Positions 18,123 through 28,027 of a stretch of DNA of 64,000 nt are shown here, piece by piece (within the stretch, counting starts at the first letter, position 1; each line of letters begins with the position of its first letter). Position numbers and translations under genes: made by a program. The notes below the pieces were generated by a model that worked only from the letters and a program-made list of their open reading frames with translations, searched no databases and had not been told where the DNA came from. The stretch comes from Puniceicoccaceae bacterium (GTDB lineage: Bacteria; Verrucomicrobiota; Verrucomicrobiia; Opitutales; JAFGAQ01): contig JBEGIR010000004.1 in assembly GCA_040224245.1 (NCBI GenBank), forward strand, positions 26,707 to 90,706, read 5' to 3'.

Positions 18123-19556
18123 TCAGAATATACCTGCCACCTCCGCATTTATGTCCTCTGCAGTAAACCCGCCTCCCAGGCTGCGATAGAGCGACACATT
18201 GCTGCGCTCCACCTGTCGAACAGACGCAAGCAGTGATTGTTTGCCGTCAACATAGGCACGCCTTGCTTCCAATAACTGGTAATAGTCCATCGATCCCGCA
18301 TCGAATCGAACCTGCGATATCCGCAAGACCTCTTCAAGTGCCTGCAATCGATTGCGGTTTGCCTGCAACACCTGCTCGCTTTCTGCCCGCTGTGTCAAGG
18401 CATCGGAAACCTCCCGAAATCCCTGTTGAATCGAACGTTCATACTGGGCTACCGCCATTTCACGCGACGCCTCGGAAGCGTCCCGGTTGGCAATCAGGCG
18501 CCCACCCTGGAAAAGTGGAATCCGGATGCGCGGCACAAAGCTCCAGACATCCGTTCCACTGGAGAACAGATCCGTGAGGTCACCACTGGCACTTCCGACT
18601 GCCCCCGTCAGAACAATGGAGGGAAAAAACGCCAGTCGGGCTGCTTCCAAATTCGCCTCAGCAGCGACCAGCGTCCATTCTGCGGCCCGGATATCGGGTC
18701 GCCGCAGTAACAATTCGGAGGGAAGACCTTCGGGAATCTGAAACGCACGTGTCACAGCCAGATCCAGCGTCATCCCCAACCCAGCAAGGTCGAGCGGTTG
18801 CCCGACAAGCAGAGTCAAGGCATTGAGCGAAGTGTTCATCGATGCCTTGTAATTCGCCACGCTGGCCGCAGCTTGCTCCATGACAGCGCGCGTCTGGCTG
18901 ATTTCGAGTGACGATGCTGTTCCAAACCGGATTCGTTCCTGCAGAATACCCATTTGTTCTTGATAGTTCTTCAGAGTCTCCTCTGCCAATGCCAGTGCTT
19001 CCGCATTATAGACGTAGTCAAGGTAGGCATCCGCCACTTCCGCCAGCAATGTCAGCCGAACCGTATGCTGTGCTTCTTCGGTTGCGAGATACTGGTGCAG
19101 TGCCTCCCGGCTCAGTTGTTTGACACGTCCGAACAGGTCAATCTCGAACTGTGCAAGACCCACCTCTACACGGTACGATTCCACGGATTCACCACCACCT
19201 CCACCGGATCGCGTCAATGATCCATCCACAGCGAAAAACGGATATTGATCCGCACGCTGGATGCGGTACATCGCCCGCGCTCGCTCCACATTGAGAATGG
19301 AAACCCGCAGATCCCGATTATTGGCCAACGCCATCTCCATGAGGTCTTTCAGTCCCGCGTGCTGGTAAAACGCTTCCCAATTGACCACGTTTTCCCAATC
19401 TGTGCCACCGTGCATGGAGGTTCCCTGAGGAACTTGCCACTGCGTTGAGACAACTGGAGTGGTCGATTCCACTGATTTCGGCGGCAGCGTAGCGCAACCA
19501 CTTAGTAAAATGATCGTTGCTCCCAACGATGCCCATTGAATAAAGGCCTTATGCAT
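18123..19556 (-). CDS. RND efflux outer-membrane factor lipoprotein (NodT/OprM family), 477 aa
   Basis: ATG at 19556 gives MHKAFIQWASLGATIILLSGC (lipobox), 2 nt after the RND pump stop. Two tandem OEP repeats are present. Confidence 0.9.
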   Translation of the reverse strand: MHKAFIQWASLGATIILLSGCATLPPKSVESTTPVVSTQWQVPQGTSMHGGTDWENVVNWEAFYQHAGLKDLMEMALANNRDLRVSILNVERARAMYRIQRADQYPFFAVDGSLTRSGGGGGESVESYRVEVGLAQFEIDLFGRVKQLSREALHQYLATEEAQHTVRLTLLAEVADAYLDYVYNAEALALAEETLKNYQEQMGILQERIRFGTASSLEISQTRAVMEQAAASVANYKASMNTSLNALTLLVGQPLDLAGLGMTLDLAVTRAFQIPEGLPSELLLRRPDIRAAEWTLVAAEANLEAARLAFFPSIVLTGAVGSASGDLTDLFSSGTDVWSFVPRIRIPLFQGGRLIANRDASEASREMAVAQYERSIQQGFREVSDALTQRAESEQVLQANRNRLQALEEVLRISQVRFDAGSMDYYQLLEARRAYVDGKQSLLASVRQVERSNVSLYRSLGGGFTAEDINAEVAGIF

Positions 19557-22500
19557 GAGTTCCTTGTGGTTTTCTCCGTATGAAGAGACGTTCAATCACA
19601 TAAAAGAATAGGGGCACGAGAAAGATACCCAGTGTCGTGCCCACAATCATCCCACCAAGCACTCCAAATCCAATGGCGTTCTGCGCACCCGACCCAGCAC
19701 CATCGGCCATCGCAAGCGGGACAACCCCAAATCCAAATGCGAGCGAGGTCATCAGGATGGGTCGCAAACGATCCCGCACTGCTGCCAGAGTGGCCTCCCG
19801 CAATCGCATGCCCTGTTTGAGATTGAGCGTTGCAAATTCAACGATCAAAATCGCATTTTTGCTGGTGAGGCCCACTGTCGTGAGCATGGCAACCTGAAAA
19901 TAGATGTCCCGCTCCAGGCCTGACAGAACCGCTGCCAGCAGAGACCCCAACACTCCCAGCGGAGCCGCCATGATCACGGCGGTAGGGATGCTCCAACTCT
20001 CGTAAAGCGCTGCCAGTGCAAGGAATACAATCACCAGCGACAGCAAATACAGCCCCGCCGTTTGATTCCCAGCCTGACGCTCTTGATAGGAAGTCGTCGT
20101 CCACTCAATTCCAAAACCCTGTGGAAGCATTTTCGCAAGGTTTTCGATCTCATCCATCGCTTGTCCCGAACTCACTCCGGGTGCGCCCTGGCCCTGAATG
20201 TTGACCGCTGCAACACCGTTGTAGCGCTCCAGCCGCGGAGACCCGTAAGTCCAATGGGTCTGTGCAAACGCGGCAAAAGGCACCATTTCCCCAGCCGCAT
20301 TTTTGACACTCCATTCGAGAAAATCCTCTTCCTGCATTCGGAAGGGAGCAGCTGACTGCAGGATCACTTTCTTCACGCGCCCATTGTCGATGAAATCATC
20401 GATGTAACGGCCGCCCCATGCGACCCCAAGCGTGTTGTTGACTTCCGCCACGTTGAGTTGATGAGCCACCGCCTTCCGCGTGTCGACCTCCAGCTGCAGT
20501 TGCGGTGCATCCTCCATACCGTTGGGTCGCACATTGGCCAGAAGCGGATTTTGCGAAGCCATGTACAGAAGCTGGTTCCTTGCATCCATCAGTGCCCGAT
20601 GCCCTAGCCCTGCATTGTCCTTGAGGTAGAAGTCAAAGCCTGTCGAATTGCCCAGCTCCATGATGGGTGGAGGTGCAAAAGCAAAGACCATGGCTTCCTT
20701 GATTCCCATGAACGCAGCACTAGCCCTTCCCACAATTGCAGAAACGTGTTTTTCAGGTTCTTTGCGTTCAGACCAATCTTTCAGATCCACAAACGCCATG
20801 CCGCTATTCTGACCTGATCCCGCAAAACTAAATCCCTGCGCAAGGAAGATATTTCGAATCACATCACTCTCATGATTCATGAGGTAGTGCTCCATTTTTT
20901 TCACCACCTCCGTGGTATTCTCTTCCGTCGAACCAGTTGGCCCCATGATCATTGCAAAAAAGCTTCCTTGGTCTTCGTCGGGCAGAAAGCCTGTCGGAAC
21001 GCGGAGGAAGGCAAAGACCATCAATCCAACGATGACTGCATACGCCATCATTCCCCGGATACGACGGGAGGTTATGGCATCAACCACCCGCTGGTAACGG
21101 GAGTTTGCTGCATCAAAACTACGGTTGAACCAGCCAAAGAATCCCTTCTCACGAATATGGTGTCCTTTCTCAATCTGCTTGAGCATCGTCGCGCACAGAG
21201 CAGGCGTAAACACGATGGCCACGATGACCGAAAGCGTCATTGATGAAACAATGGTGATCGAAAATTGACGATAAATCACTCCTGGTGCTCCCGCCATGAA
21301 GGCCATCGGCAAAAAGACAGCAGAGATCACAACACCGATTCCGATCAAGGCACCCGTTATTTGATCCATTGATTTTCGCGCTGCTTCTTTGGGGGTCAGA
21401 CCCTCCTCAGACATGAGGCGTTCCACGTTTTCCACCACGACAATCGCGTCATCCACCAAAAGACCGATCGCCAGCACCATGGCAAACATCGTAAGCATGT
21501 TGATCGAAAACCCAAATGCCGCCAACACCCCGAAGGTTCCCAGCAACACCACCGGAATCGCAAGGGTTGGAATCAGGGTGGCCCGCCAGTTTTGGAGGAA
21601 CAGAAACATCACCAGAAACACCAATAGGATCGCTTCGAGCAATGTCTTCACCACTCCTTTGATCGCCACCTTGACAAAGGGAGTGGTATCAAAGGTTTTG
21701 GAAACCTGCAGCCCAGATGGAAGGTATTGCTGCTCTTGCTTCATGAATGCTTCCACCTTCTTTGCCGTATTCAGCGCATTTGCCCCTGTTGCGAGAGAAA
21801 TCGCCACACCCGTCGCTGCCTTGCCGTTGTAGCGGCTTCTCATGGCATGACTTTCTTTTCCCAGCTCCACCTCTGCAATGTCACCCAGTGTCAGGCTCGA
21901 ACCATCTGCCAGACTCGAAACAATGATTTCGCGGAACTGATCTGCTGTCTGAAGACGGCCACGGGTGTTTACCGTGAAGTTGATCTGTTGTCCCTCGACC
22001 AGCGGACTGCCTCCCAACGCCCCAATCGCTACCTGCTGATTCTGCGACTGAATCGCTGCCATAACCTCACTCACCGATAACTTGTAGGCTTCGAGCAACT
22101 TGGGGTTTAGCCATATCCTCATGGCATATTGCGAGTTGAATACCTGAACCGAACCCACTCCTTCGATGCGCCCGATAGCCTCTTTGAGATTCGAGGAAAC
22201 ATAGTCCCCAATCTCACCATCACTCATGCTCCCATCCTCGGAGTAGAATGCGATCACCATCAGAAAGCTATCATTGCCCTTATTCACGGTGACTCCTTGC
22301 TGCTGCACACTCAAAGGCAGCAGTGGCATCGCCGCCTGCAGTTTGTTTTGCACCTGCACCTGGGCAATGTCCGCATCGGTGCCAGTTTCAAAGGTGAGTG
22401 TGATTTGGGCTGATCCATTGGAGGAGCTGTTCGAAGACAAATAAATCAGCCCATCCAGTCCCGTAAGATTTTGCTCGATGATCTGCGTTACCGAGTTCTC

Positions 22501-22671
22501 GATCACACTGGCAGAAGCGCCCGGATAAGCTGCCTGAATCGTCACCGACGGCGGTGCGATTTGCGGATACTGTGAAATGGGAAGGGTGACCATGGACAGT
22601 CCCCCTGCGATCATGATGATCAGTGCAATGACCCACGCAAAAATGGGCCTGTCGATAAAAAACCGTGCCAT
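19549..22671 (-). CDS. RND multidrug efflux permease (HAE1, AcrB/MexB-like), 1040 aa
   Basis: N-terminus MARFFIDRPIFAWVIALIIM. 12-TM architecture with two large periplasmic loops and conserved TM4 segment AIGLLVDDAIVVVEN. Confidence 0.95.
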   Translation of the reverse strand: MARFFIDRPIFAWVIALIIMIAGGLSMVTLPISQYPQIAPPSVTIQAAYPGASASVIENSVTQIIEQNLTGLDGLIYLSSNSSSNGSAQITLTFETGTDADIAQVQVQNKLQAAMPLLPLSVQQQGVTVNKGNDSFLMVIAFYSEDGSMSDGEIGDYVSSNLKEAIGRIEGVGSVQVFNSQYAMRIWLNPKLLEAYKLSVSEVMAAIQSQNQQVAIGALGGSPLVEGQQINFTVNTRGRLQTADQFREIIVSSLADGSSLTLGDIAEVELGKESHAMRSRYNGKAATGVAISLATGANALNTAKKVEAFMKQEQQYLPSGLQVSKTFDTTPFVKVAIKGVVKTLLEAILLVFLVMFLFLQNWRATLIPTLAIPVVLLGTFGVLAAFGFSINMLTMFAMVLAIGLLVDDAIVVVENVERLMSEEGLTPKEAARKSMDQITGALIGIGVVISAVFLPMAFMAGAPGVIYRQFSITIVSSMTLSVIVAIVFTPALCATMLKQIEKGHHIREKGFFGWFNRSFDAANSRYQRVVDAITSRRIRGMMAYAVIVGLMVFAFLRVPTGFLPDEDQGSFFAMIMGPTGSTEENTTEVVKKMEHYLMNHESDVIRNIFLAQGFSFAGSGQNSGMAFVDLKDWSERKEPEKHVSAIVGRASAAFMGIKEAMVFAFAPPPIMELGNSTGFDFYLKDNAGLGHRALMDARNQLLYMASQNPLLANVRPNGMEDAPQLQLEVDTRKAVAHQLNVAEVNNTLGVAWGGRYIDDFIDNGRVKKVILQSAAPFRMQEEDFLEWSVKNAAGEMVPFAAFAQTHWTYGSPRLERYNGVAAVNIQGQGAPGVSSGQAMDEIENLAKMLPQGFGIEWTTTSYQERQAGNQTAGLYLLSLVIVFLALAALYESWSIPTAVIMAAPLGVLGSLLAAVLSGLERDIYFQVAMLTTVGLTSKNAILIVEFATLNLKQGMRLREATLAAVRDRLRPILMTSLAFGFGVVPLAMADGAGSGAQNAIGFGVLGGMIVGTTLGIFLVPLFFYVIERLFIRRKPQGTHA

Positions 22672-22680
22672 ACTCGCTCC

Positions 22681-23811
22681 TTATTGCGGGTTCGAATTCG
22701 ATGAAGATTCAACAGCTGGAGCACCTGGACGAACCCACTGCATCCCACCGACAATCACCCGAGTCCCTGCTTCGAGTCCACTGCCAACGATCCAGTCATT
22801 GTCGTGGCTTCCTTCCAGTGTTACTTCACGGCTTTCAACCTTGCCATCATCATTCAGGATGAGCACTGAGGTGGTGCCCGCTTCACTTCGCTGCACAGCT
22901 TTCTGCGGCACCAGGATCGCATTTTCTTTGACCGCAAGATTTACCCGTGCCTGCAAAAACATACCCGGTAGAAGAATGTGGTCAGGGTTCTCCACTCTCA
23001 CCCGTAGCAATGAGCTTCCTGTTACCGGATCAACTGTCGTTTCCGAATACAGAACTTCGCCCGGCTGCCTGAGCGAACGCCCATCTTCCAAAGTCAGCTT
23101 CACTGGGTGCCGAATCGCCTGTTCAAGGGTTCCTTCACGAATCCGTGCCTGCAGTGTAGTCCACTCACGACTGGCCATCCTCAAGTTCACATAAACGGGA
23201 TCGAGCTGCCTCACCACTGCAAGCGCTGTACCCTGACCTGCCATCACAAGTGCCCCGCGAGTGACATCGGACTTTCCAATAATGCCTGCGATAGGAGACT
23301 CGATCCGTGTGTATCCCAGGTTCACTTCACTGGCAGCGGCAGCAGCCTCCGCAACCTGCACTTCAGCCTCGGCACTGAGAAAAGCAGCCTCCGCATCATC
23401 GAAGGCCTGTTGACTGATCGCAGTGGCCTCTACCAGAGCCGAAGCCCGTTCGTAAGTTTTGTAGGCGAGTTTTGCAGACACCTGCGCACGGTTAAGCGTT
23501 GCAAGGTTTCGCTGGTGCTCGGCCTCAAACATGGCGTCATCCAGGACGTAGAGCTGCTGTCCCTCCGTCACTGCCGAACCTTCCTCAAAGAGCACCTCGC
23601 GAATGATTCCACTGACTTGGGGGCGAACCTCTGCTTCCGATACCAAATCCACCCGCCCCACAAGGTCGCGGGTCAGCACTATCGATTCGGGTTGAACCCG
23701 TACGGTAGACACTTCTGGAGGAGGGAGTTCATGCGTTGTTTCCGAATGCTTGCTACAGCCCATCAGGCTCAGAACAATCAGGATCGCCAGGAAATTTGAT
23801 TTCATCTTCAT
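22681..23811 (-). CDS. RND efflux periplasmic adaptor (AcrA/MexA family), about 376 aa
   Basis: ATG at 23811 gives the lipoprotein signal MKMKSNFLAILIVLSLMGC. Has the coiled-coil hairpin and barrel-sandwich pattern, and sits 9 nt upstream of the pump gene. Confidence 0.9.
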   Translation of the reverse strand: MKMKSNFLAILIVLSLMGCSKHSETTHELPPPEVSTVRVQPESIVLTRDLVGRVDLVSEAEVRPQVSGIIREVLFEEGSAVTEGQQLYVLDDAMFEAEHQRNLATLNRAQVSAKLAYKTYERASALVEATAISQQAFDDAEAAFLSAEAEVQVAEAAAAASEVNLGYTRIESPIAGIIGKSDVTRGALVMAGQGTALAVVRQLDPVYVNLRMASREWTTLQARIREGTLEQAIRHPVKLTLEDGRSLRQPGEVLYSETTVDPVTGSSLLRVRVENPDHILLPGMFLQARVNLAVKENAILVPQKAVQRSEAGTTSVLILNDDGKVESREVTLEGSHDNDWIVGSGLEAGTRVIVGGMQWVRPGAPAVESSSNSNPQ

Positions 23812-23871
23812 TACTTTGAATTGTTGATCCACCGAAAATGACGGAGCAAAATGATCCGTCAATAAAAATGG

Positions 23872-23887
23872 ATGAATGTTTATTCAT
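23872..23887. promoter_or_regulatory. Candidate TetR operator upstream of the RND operon
   Basis: Perfect inverted repeat ATGAAT-gttt-ATTCAT in an AT-rich stretch, 61-76 nt upstream of the adaptor start codon. Confidence 0.4.
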
Positions 23888-23962
23888 TATTACGAAATTC
23901 AAAAATCCTCTTCCTGTAGTCGTAGGGACCATTTGCGATCAACGGTGTGATTGACAGGTCGT

Positions 23963-25228
23963 TCAGGATTTGCGCTTCCTGCGCTTGGGACGCCGGTCTT
24001 CGTAGAGTCCCTGCTCCTGCACAAGCGTTTCCAACGAGTCAAAAAGGGCTTCGGGTTCGGCGTCGGTCTTTTTCATGATCTCAACCGTTCGACGATAGGC
24101 CTTTCGACCTACACGCAGCTCATCGACGGGTTTTTGGATAAACGTTTCGATTTCCTCGAGCACGCTGCGCTCTTCTTCTGAACAGAAACTGATCGCTACT
24201 CCCTTGCTCGTGCCGCGACCGGTGCGTCCGACGCGATGCACGTAGTTGGCCGTCTTCACAGGCAGGTCGTAATTGATCACAAACTCCACGTCGGGCACAT
24301 CAATACCGCGCGCACTCACGTCGGTTGCGACCAACACGCGATGCTGACCCTCGCGAAACGCATCCAGCACCGAAGAGCGCTCTGCCTGCTCCATTTCTCC
24401 ATGCAACAGAACACAATCGAGTCCCACCCGCGCCATTGCCTTGACCACGCGTTCCGCACGTACCCGCGTGCGCACAAAGACGATCACTTTGCTCTCCGCA
24501 TGGTCGTTCAGAAACTCCTCGAGGAAAAAACGTTTGTCATCATGCTTCACAAACATGACAAAATGCTCGACGTTCTTGGCCACCGGGTCCTTTGGCGAGA
24601 GCTGGATGCGGATCGCGTTTCCCCGCACCAGCGCATAGGCCGTTTTTTTGATGTGCTTGTCAATGGTCGCCGACATGAAGACCGTCTGATGTCGGGTCGG
24701 CAGCATCTTTTTCACATACCGAATATCATCGATAAATCCGAGATCGAGCATGTGATCGGCCTCATCGAGAACCAGCATCTCCACAGTGGAAACATCAAGG
24801 TGCTGCTGGTGAATCAGATCAAACATGCGACCGGGTGTGGCGATCAGCACATCAATGCCCTTTTGCAATCGCAGAATCTGCGGGTCCTGCTCCTCTCCCC
24901 CATGCAGGGAATACACCGACACACGGCTGTGGGCTGCCAGACGCTCAAACACTCCTGCAATTTGTTTGGCCAGCTCACGGGTGGGCACGAGGACCAGGCA
25001 TCCGATGCCCTCCACCCGTTTGCTCACCTTGCCGGTGTGAATGCGTTCGATGATGGGAATCGCAAACGCCGCCGTCTTTCCCGTTCCCGTTTGCGCGATT
25101 GCGAGCACATCCTCGCCCCTCAAAATCGGTGTGATGCTCTTGAACTGAATGTCTGTCGGACGGTGAAACCCGTGGTTTGCCAGGTTTCGCTTAAGCGGTT
25201 CGCACAGGGCATATTTTTCAAATTTCAT
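23963..25228 (-). CDS. DEAD-box ATP-dependent RNA helicase (RhlE-like), 421 aa
   Basis: Motifs AQTGTGKTAAF (I), VLDEADHMLD (II, DEAD), SAT (III) and HRVGRTGR (VI). Basic C-terminal tail. Confidence 0.9.
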   Translation of the reverse strand: MKFEKYALCEPLKRNLANHGFHRPTDIQFKSITPILRGEDVLAIAQTGTGKTAAFAIPIIERIHTGKVSKRVEGIGCLVLVPTRELAKQIAGVFERLAAHSRVSVYSLHGGEEQDPQILRLQKGIDVLIATPGRMFDLIHQQHLDVSTVEMLVLDEADHMLDLGFIDDIRYVKKMLPTRHQTVFMSATIDKHIKKTAYALVRGNAIRIQLSPKDPVAKNVEHFVMFVKHDDKRFFLEEFLNDHAESKVIVFVRTRVRAERVVKAMARVGLDCVLLHGEMEQAERSSVLDAFREGQHRVLVATDVSARGIDVPDVEFVINYDLPVKTANYVHRVGRTGRGTSKGVAISFCSEEERSVLEEIETFIQKPVDELRVGRKAYRRTVEIMKKTDAEPEALFDSLETLVQEQGLYEDRRPKRRKRKS

Positions 25229-25842
25229 ACCAGGGGTTCTCCTTCAGACCCATTCATTCCAGGCGATGCATTGCCCGCTTTCATGCGCTTGGAAACTTCA
25301 CGCTTTGTCTCAAAAAAGGCCTGCACCAATGTGCGGCACTCCTGCTCCATCACACCAGTTGTTACCTCCATGTGGTGCCAGGCATCCTGCAGGGCATTCA
25401 CATCCATTGCTCCGCCCAGGCAGCCCATGCGAGGGTCGGAAAACGCATAAACCACACGGGACACACGGGACAGCAAAGCCGCACCCGCGCACATTGGGCA
25501 GGGTTCCTTGGTGACGTAGAGCGTTGCTCCAACCAAACGCCAATCGCCGGTCGCACGCGAGGCCTGGGTGATCGCAAGCACCTCGGCGTGCGCCGTCGCA
25601 TCACAACTCCCGATCACCTGATTGTGCGCACTCGCGATGATTTCACCGCCCAGTTCGATCACCGCGCCGACGGGCACCTCGTCCTCCCTCCAGGCTTCAA
25701 TCGCCTGATTATAGGCCAGTGCCATGTAAAACGCATCATCCCTATGAAGCTGGGATGGATGAATCTTGGGAAAAGGACACGGCTGTTTCTGCATGCCATC
25801 CGCATTCCCATACTTTTGATCAAAAGGCAACTGATCAATCAC
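25225..25842 (-). CDS. tadA: tRNA adenosine(34) deaminase, 205 aa with N- and C-terminal extensions
   Basis: CDA zinc motifs HAEVLAI and PCPMCAGA. The stop overlaps the helicase start as ATGA (25225-25228). Confidence 0.85.
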   Translation of the reverse strand: MIDQLPFDQKYGNADGMQKQPCPFPKIHPSQLHRDDAFYMALAYNQAIEAWREDEVPVGAVIELGGEIIASAHNQVIGSCDATAHAEVLAITQASRATGDWRLVGATLYVTKEPCPMCAGAALLSRVSRVVYAFSDPRMGCLGGAMDVNALQDAWHHMEVTTGVMEQECRTLVQAFFETKREVSKRMKAGNASPGMNGSEGEPLV

Positions 25843-25948
25843 GGCGGTCTCGTCTCAGACTCCAGTTTTCACGGTTACATTTTGCCTGCTGGTCGACGCT
25901 CACACTGGGGACTCGCGAAACTTATCGGAACTACGAGGGAATTCAGAT

Positions 25949-26548
25949 TCAGTATGGCTCGCTTGAGTCGTTCTCTTCGCGGAAGGCTGCATGCATGGAT
26001 TCAAGCTCCCGAAGTCGGGGCAGATCGCTTCGGGTCAGCCCGAGTTGAATCACAAGATACATGAGCGGGATCGGGATCAAGGTCGTGAGATACCACCCCA
26101 GACTGAAGTTCTGCTGAACTGCAATAAAGTTCACCGTCGCAAATGCAAAGTAGGGCAACCCCACCCAGTAAATCATCGATTTTGAGAAGCGCACATGATC
26201 GCGTTGACGGTGAACGGCCCGAGCCAAATGCCCGGCAAGATTCTGCTCGAAGCGAAATTCAATCCCCTGCTGAATCTGCCTGCGGCGTAATACATAGAAG
26301 GCGAGACCGAAAAAAATCCCCGCTCCGAACAGCTTGTGATATCCATTCCCGGTCACGAGAGGCACGGCCAGCAGAAACAGCCCCGTGAAGAGATATATGC
26401 CCAGGGTGGTCCAGTCACGACAGTTGATTCGATGCTGAGTTTCTGCACAGCGTTTCTCAATATGCTGATTGAAGGATTGTTCGTCGAAGGTGAAAAATCC
26501 TTCTGCGTGTTGTTCGTTCCACATTTGTTTGATTTGCTTATAGTTCAT
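25949..26548 (-). CDS. Four-TM membrane protein coupled to the ECF sigma gene (putative anti-sigma/partner), 199 aa
   Basis: ATG at 26548 (MNYKQIKQMW) overlaps the end of the sigma gene by 11 nt. Four hydrophobic helices. I could not see a ZAS or RskA-type anti-sigma motif. Confidence 0.45.
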   Translation of the reverse strand: MNYKQIKQMWNEQHAEGFFTFDEQSFNQHIEKRCAETQHRINCRDWTTLGIYLFTGLFLLAVPLVTGNGYHKLFGAGIFFGLAFYVLRRRQIQQGIEFRFEQNLAGHLARAVHRQRDHVRFSKSMIYWVGLPYFAFATVNFIAVQQNFSLGWYLTTLIPIPLMYLVIQLGLTRSDLPRLRELESMHAAFREENDSSEPY

Positions 26549-27050
26549 GGGTGGTTTCCTGAGATAAAGTTTGCGTGAGCGCTTTTTTGATGCGACAGAT
26601 GCGCACACCGACGTTGCTTTCTGAGAGACCAACGATTTCTGCGATTTCCCGATACCGAAATCCGTCGAGTAGGAGCAGTGCGAGCGAACGATCAGGCTCC
26701 TGAAGCCGCGCGATCTGCTCATAGAGCCAGTCAAGCCGCTCGCTGTGAAACGAGCTTCCTTCATTCAAAAACGGTTGTGCTTGCTCGAGCTGCTCACGCG
26801 TTTCTCGCCTCCGGCGCTCCTTGTGCGCCCAGGAGGATGCAGAATAAAAAGCGACCCGATAGATCCATGTGGTTTCGGCGCAACCGTTGCGAAAGTTTGG
26901 AATCGAATTCCAGAGTTGCACTGCAATTTCCTGAAAGAGATCTTCGTTGTCGTGTCGAGTGTTCGAATAGACACGCACGACTTTAAAGATGATTCCGCGA
27001 TGCTCGCTCAGCCATTTGTTGAAGATTCGCTTTTGCTCACTAACTCTCAT
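26538..27050 (-). CDS. ECF (sigma-70 family, group IV) RNA polymerase sigma factor, 170 aa
   Basis: Region 2 EDLFQEIAVQLWNSIPNF...TWIYRVAFY. Region 4 HTH YREIAEIVGLSESNVGVRICRIKKAL. Confidence 0.85.
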   Translation of the reverse strand: MRVSEQKRIFNKWLSEHRGIIFKVVRVYSNTRHDNEDLFQEIAVQLWNSIPNFRNGCAETTWIYRVAFYSASSWAHKERRRRETREQLEQAQPFLNEGSSFHSERLDWLYEQIARLQEPDRSLALLLLDGFRYREIAEIVGLSESNVGVRICRIKKALTQTLSQETTHEL

Positions 27051-27147
27051 GATTCATAAGCACTAGTGGCAGAGCATGCCCCAATCCTTACAAAATGAAT
27101 GGAATGGATCGGATGAAAGTCGCAAATCACCTGTGATCGTTATCGGA

Positions 27148-27846
27148 TCACTGTCCAACTGGAGTAAAACCGGCCCTTTGTATGGCTTCCTCAACAATGC
27201 GCTTTCCGTCGTGCTTGATGATCGCTCCATGGGCGACCACGACGTGCTCAAAGTCCCAGGCCAACATTGCCTGCAGGGAATGGACAAAAGCGTTGCGGTC
27301 CTTCACTGCCCAGCGCACGGGGCGGTCGACTGCAGGCCATTGCTTCACACCCATGAGGTGCCGCATGCACCAGCGGGTCCATCCCGTAGCCTGAACCAGA
27401 TTGAACAGCAAGTCGCAGACGATCAAGGTGCGGGAAGTGCGGTGAAAGCAGGCATATTCATTGAGCATGCGCATCCCTTCGAGGCGCAATACCTGGATTT
27501 CGCCCTTCGTTCTGCCTTCGATCTCCGCGATTGAACCTGTTCGGCTCCCCATCGCTGCCTTGGGAAAATGCTCTGGCACCAGGTAAGTGCTCGTGGGAAA
27601 TGCACGTTGCCCCTCCCGACTGAAGGTATCATGCAGAATGGTTCCCTCCAGGAGGAATTCCACTCGCCCGAGTGAATGGATTTCGCGAACTTGCTCTTCA
27701 TTAAAGGGAGCTGTGGAATGGATGACCAGCTGGTCCCCGGGTAACCGCATCACACAGACCCGACGACCCAACTGCATGCCCAGAAAGCGAAGCGGGAACG
27801 CAAGTGTCCAGACTTCATCACCCATTTTTTCCAATTGAGATCTCAT
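27148..27846 (-). CDS. DUF4336-like (metallo-beta-lactamase-fold related) protein, about 232 aa
   Basis: ATG at 27846. Pattern VWTLAFPLRFLGMQLGRRVCVMRLPGDQLVIHS...VEFLLEGTILHDTF resembles DUF4336 proteins. Recalled by eye only. Confidence 0.5.
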   Translation of the reverse strand: MRSQLEKMGDEVWTLAFPLRFLGMQLGRRVCVMRLPGDQLVIHSTAPFNEEQVREIHSLGRVEFLLEGTILHDTFSREGQRAFPTSTYLVPEHFPKAAMGSRTGSIAEIEGRTKGEIQVLRLEGMRMLNEYACFHRTSRTLIVCDLLFNLVQATGWTRWCMRHLMGVKQWPAVDRPVRWAVKDRNAFVHSLQAMLAWDFEHVVVAHGAIIKHDGKRIVEEAIQRAGFTPVGQ

Positions 27847-28027
27847 GGGAGTAGGGATACCCAGAACGCTTCGAATCACAATAAGGCAGTGCAAGAACGC
27901 TGACCACAGTGAACACCACGACTGCAGGTATTGTGCAAGCCGACAATTTCATTGCCATTCCGGCCATTTTCCGTTCTAGTTGTTCTTTTATTCAACACGA
28001 TGATGATTCAAAAAAGGACTTTTATAT

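Noticed and set aside
24236-25450. 404-aa plus-strand ORF
   Set aside because: It is antisense to the DEAD-box helicase and tadA genes, both of which carry unambiguous catalytic motifs. Its His/Arg-rich composition is typical of a mirror frame.
26887-26895. A second copy of the zwf-leader arm TTGCGAAAG inside the ECF sigma gene, considered as part of a shared regulatory motif
   Set aside because: A single 9-mer recurrence in 64 kb on two strands is about what chance predicts. It lies within a coding region and has no partner arm.
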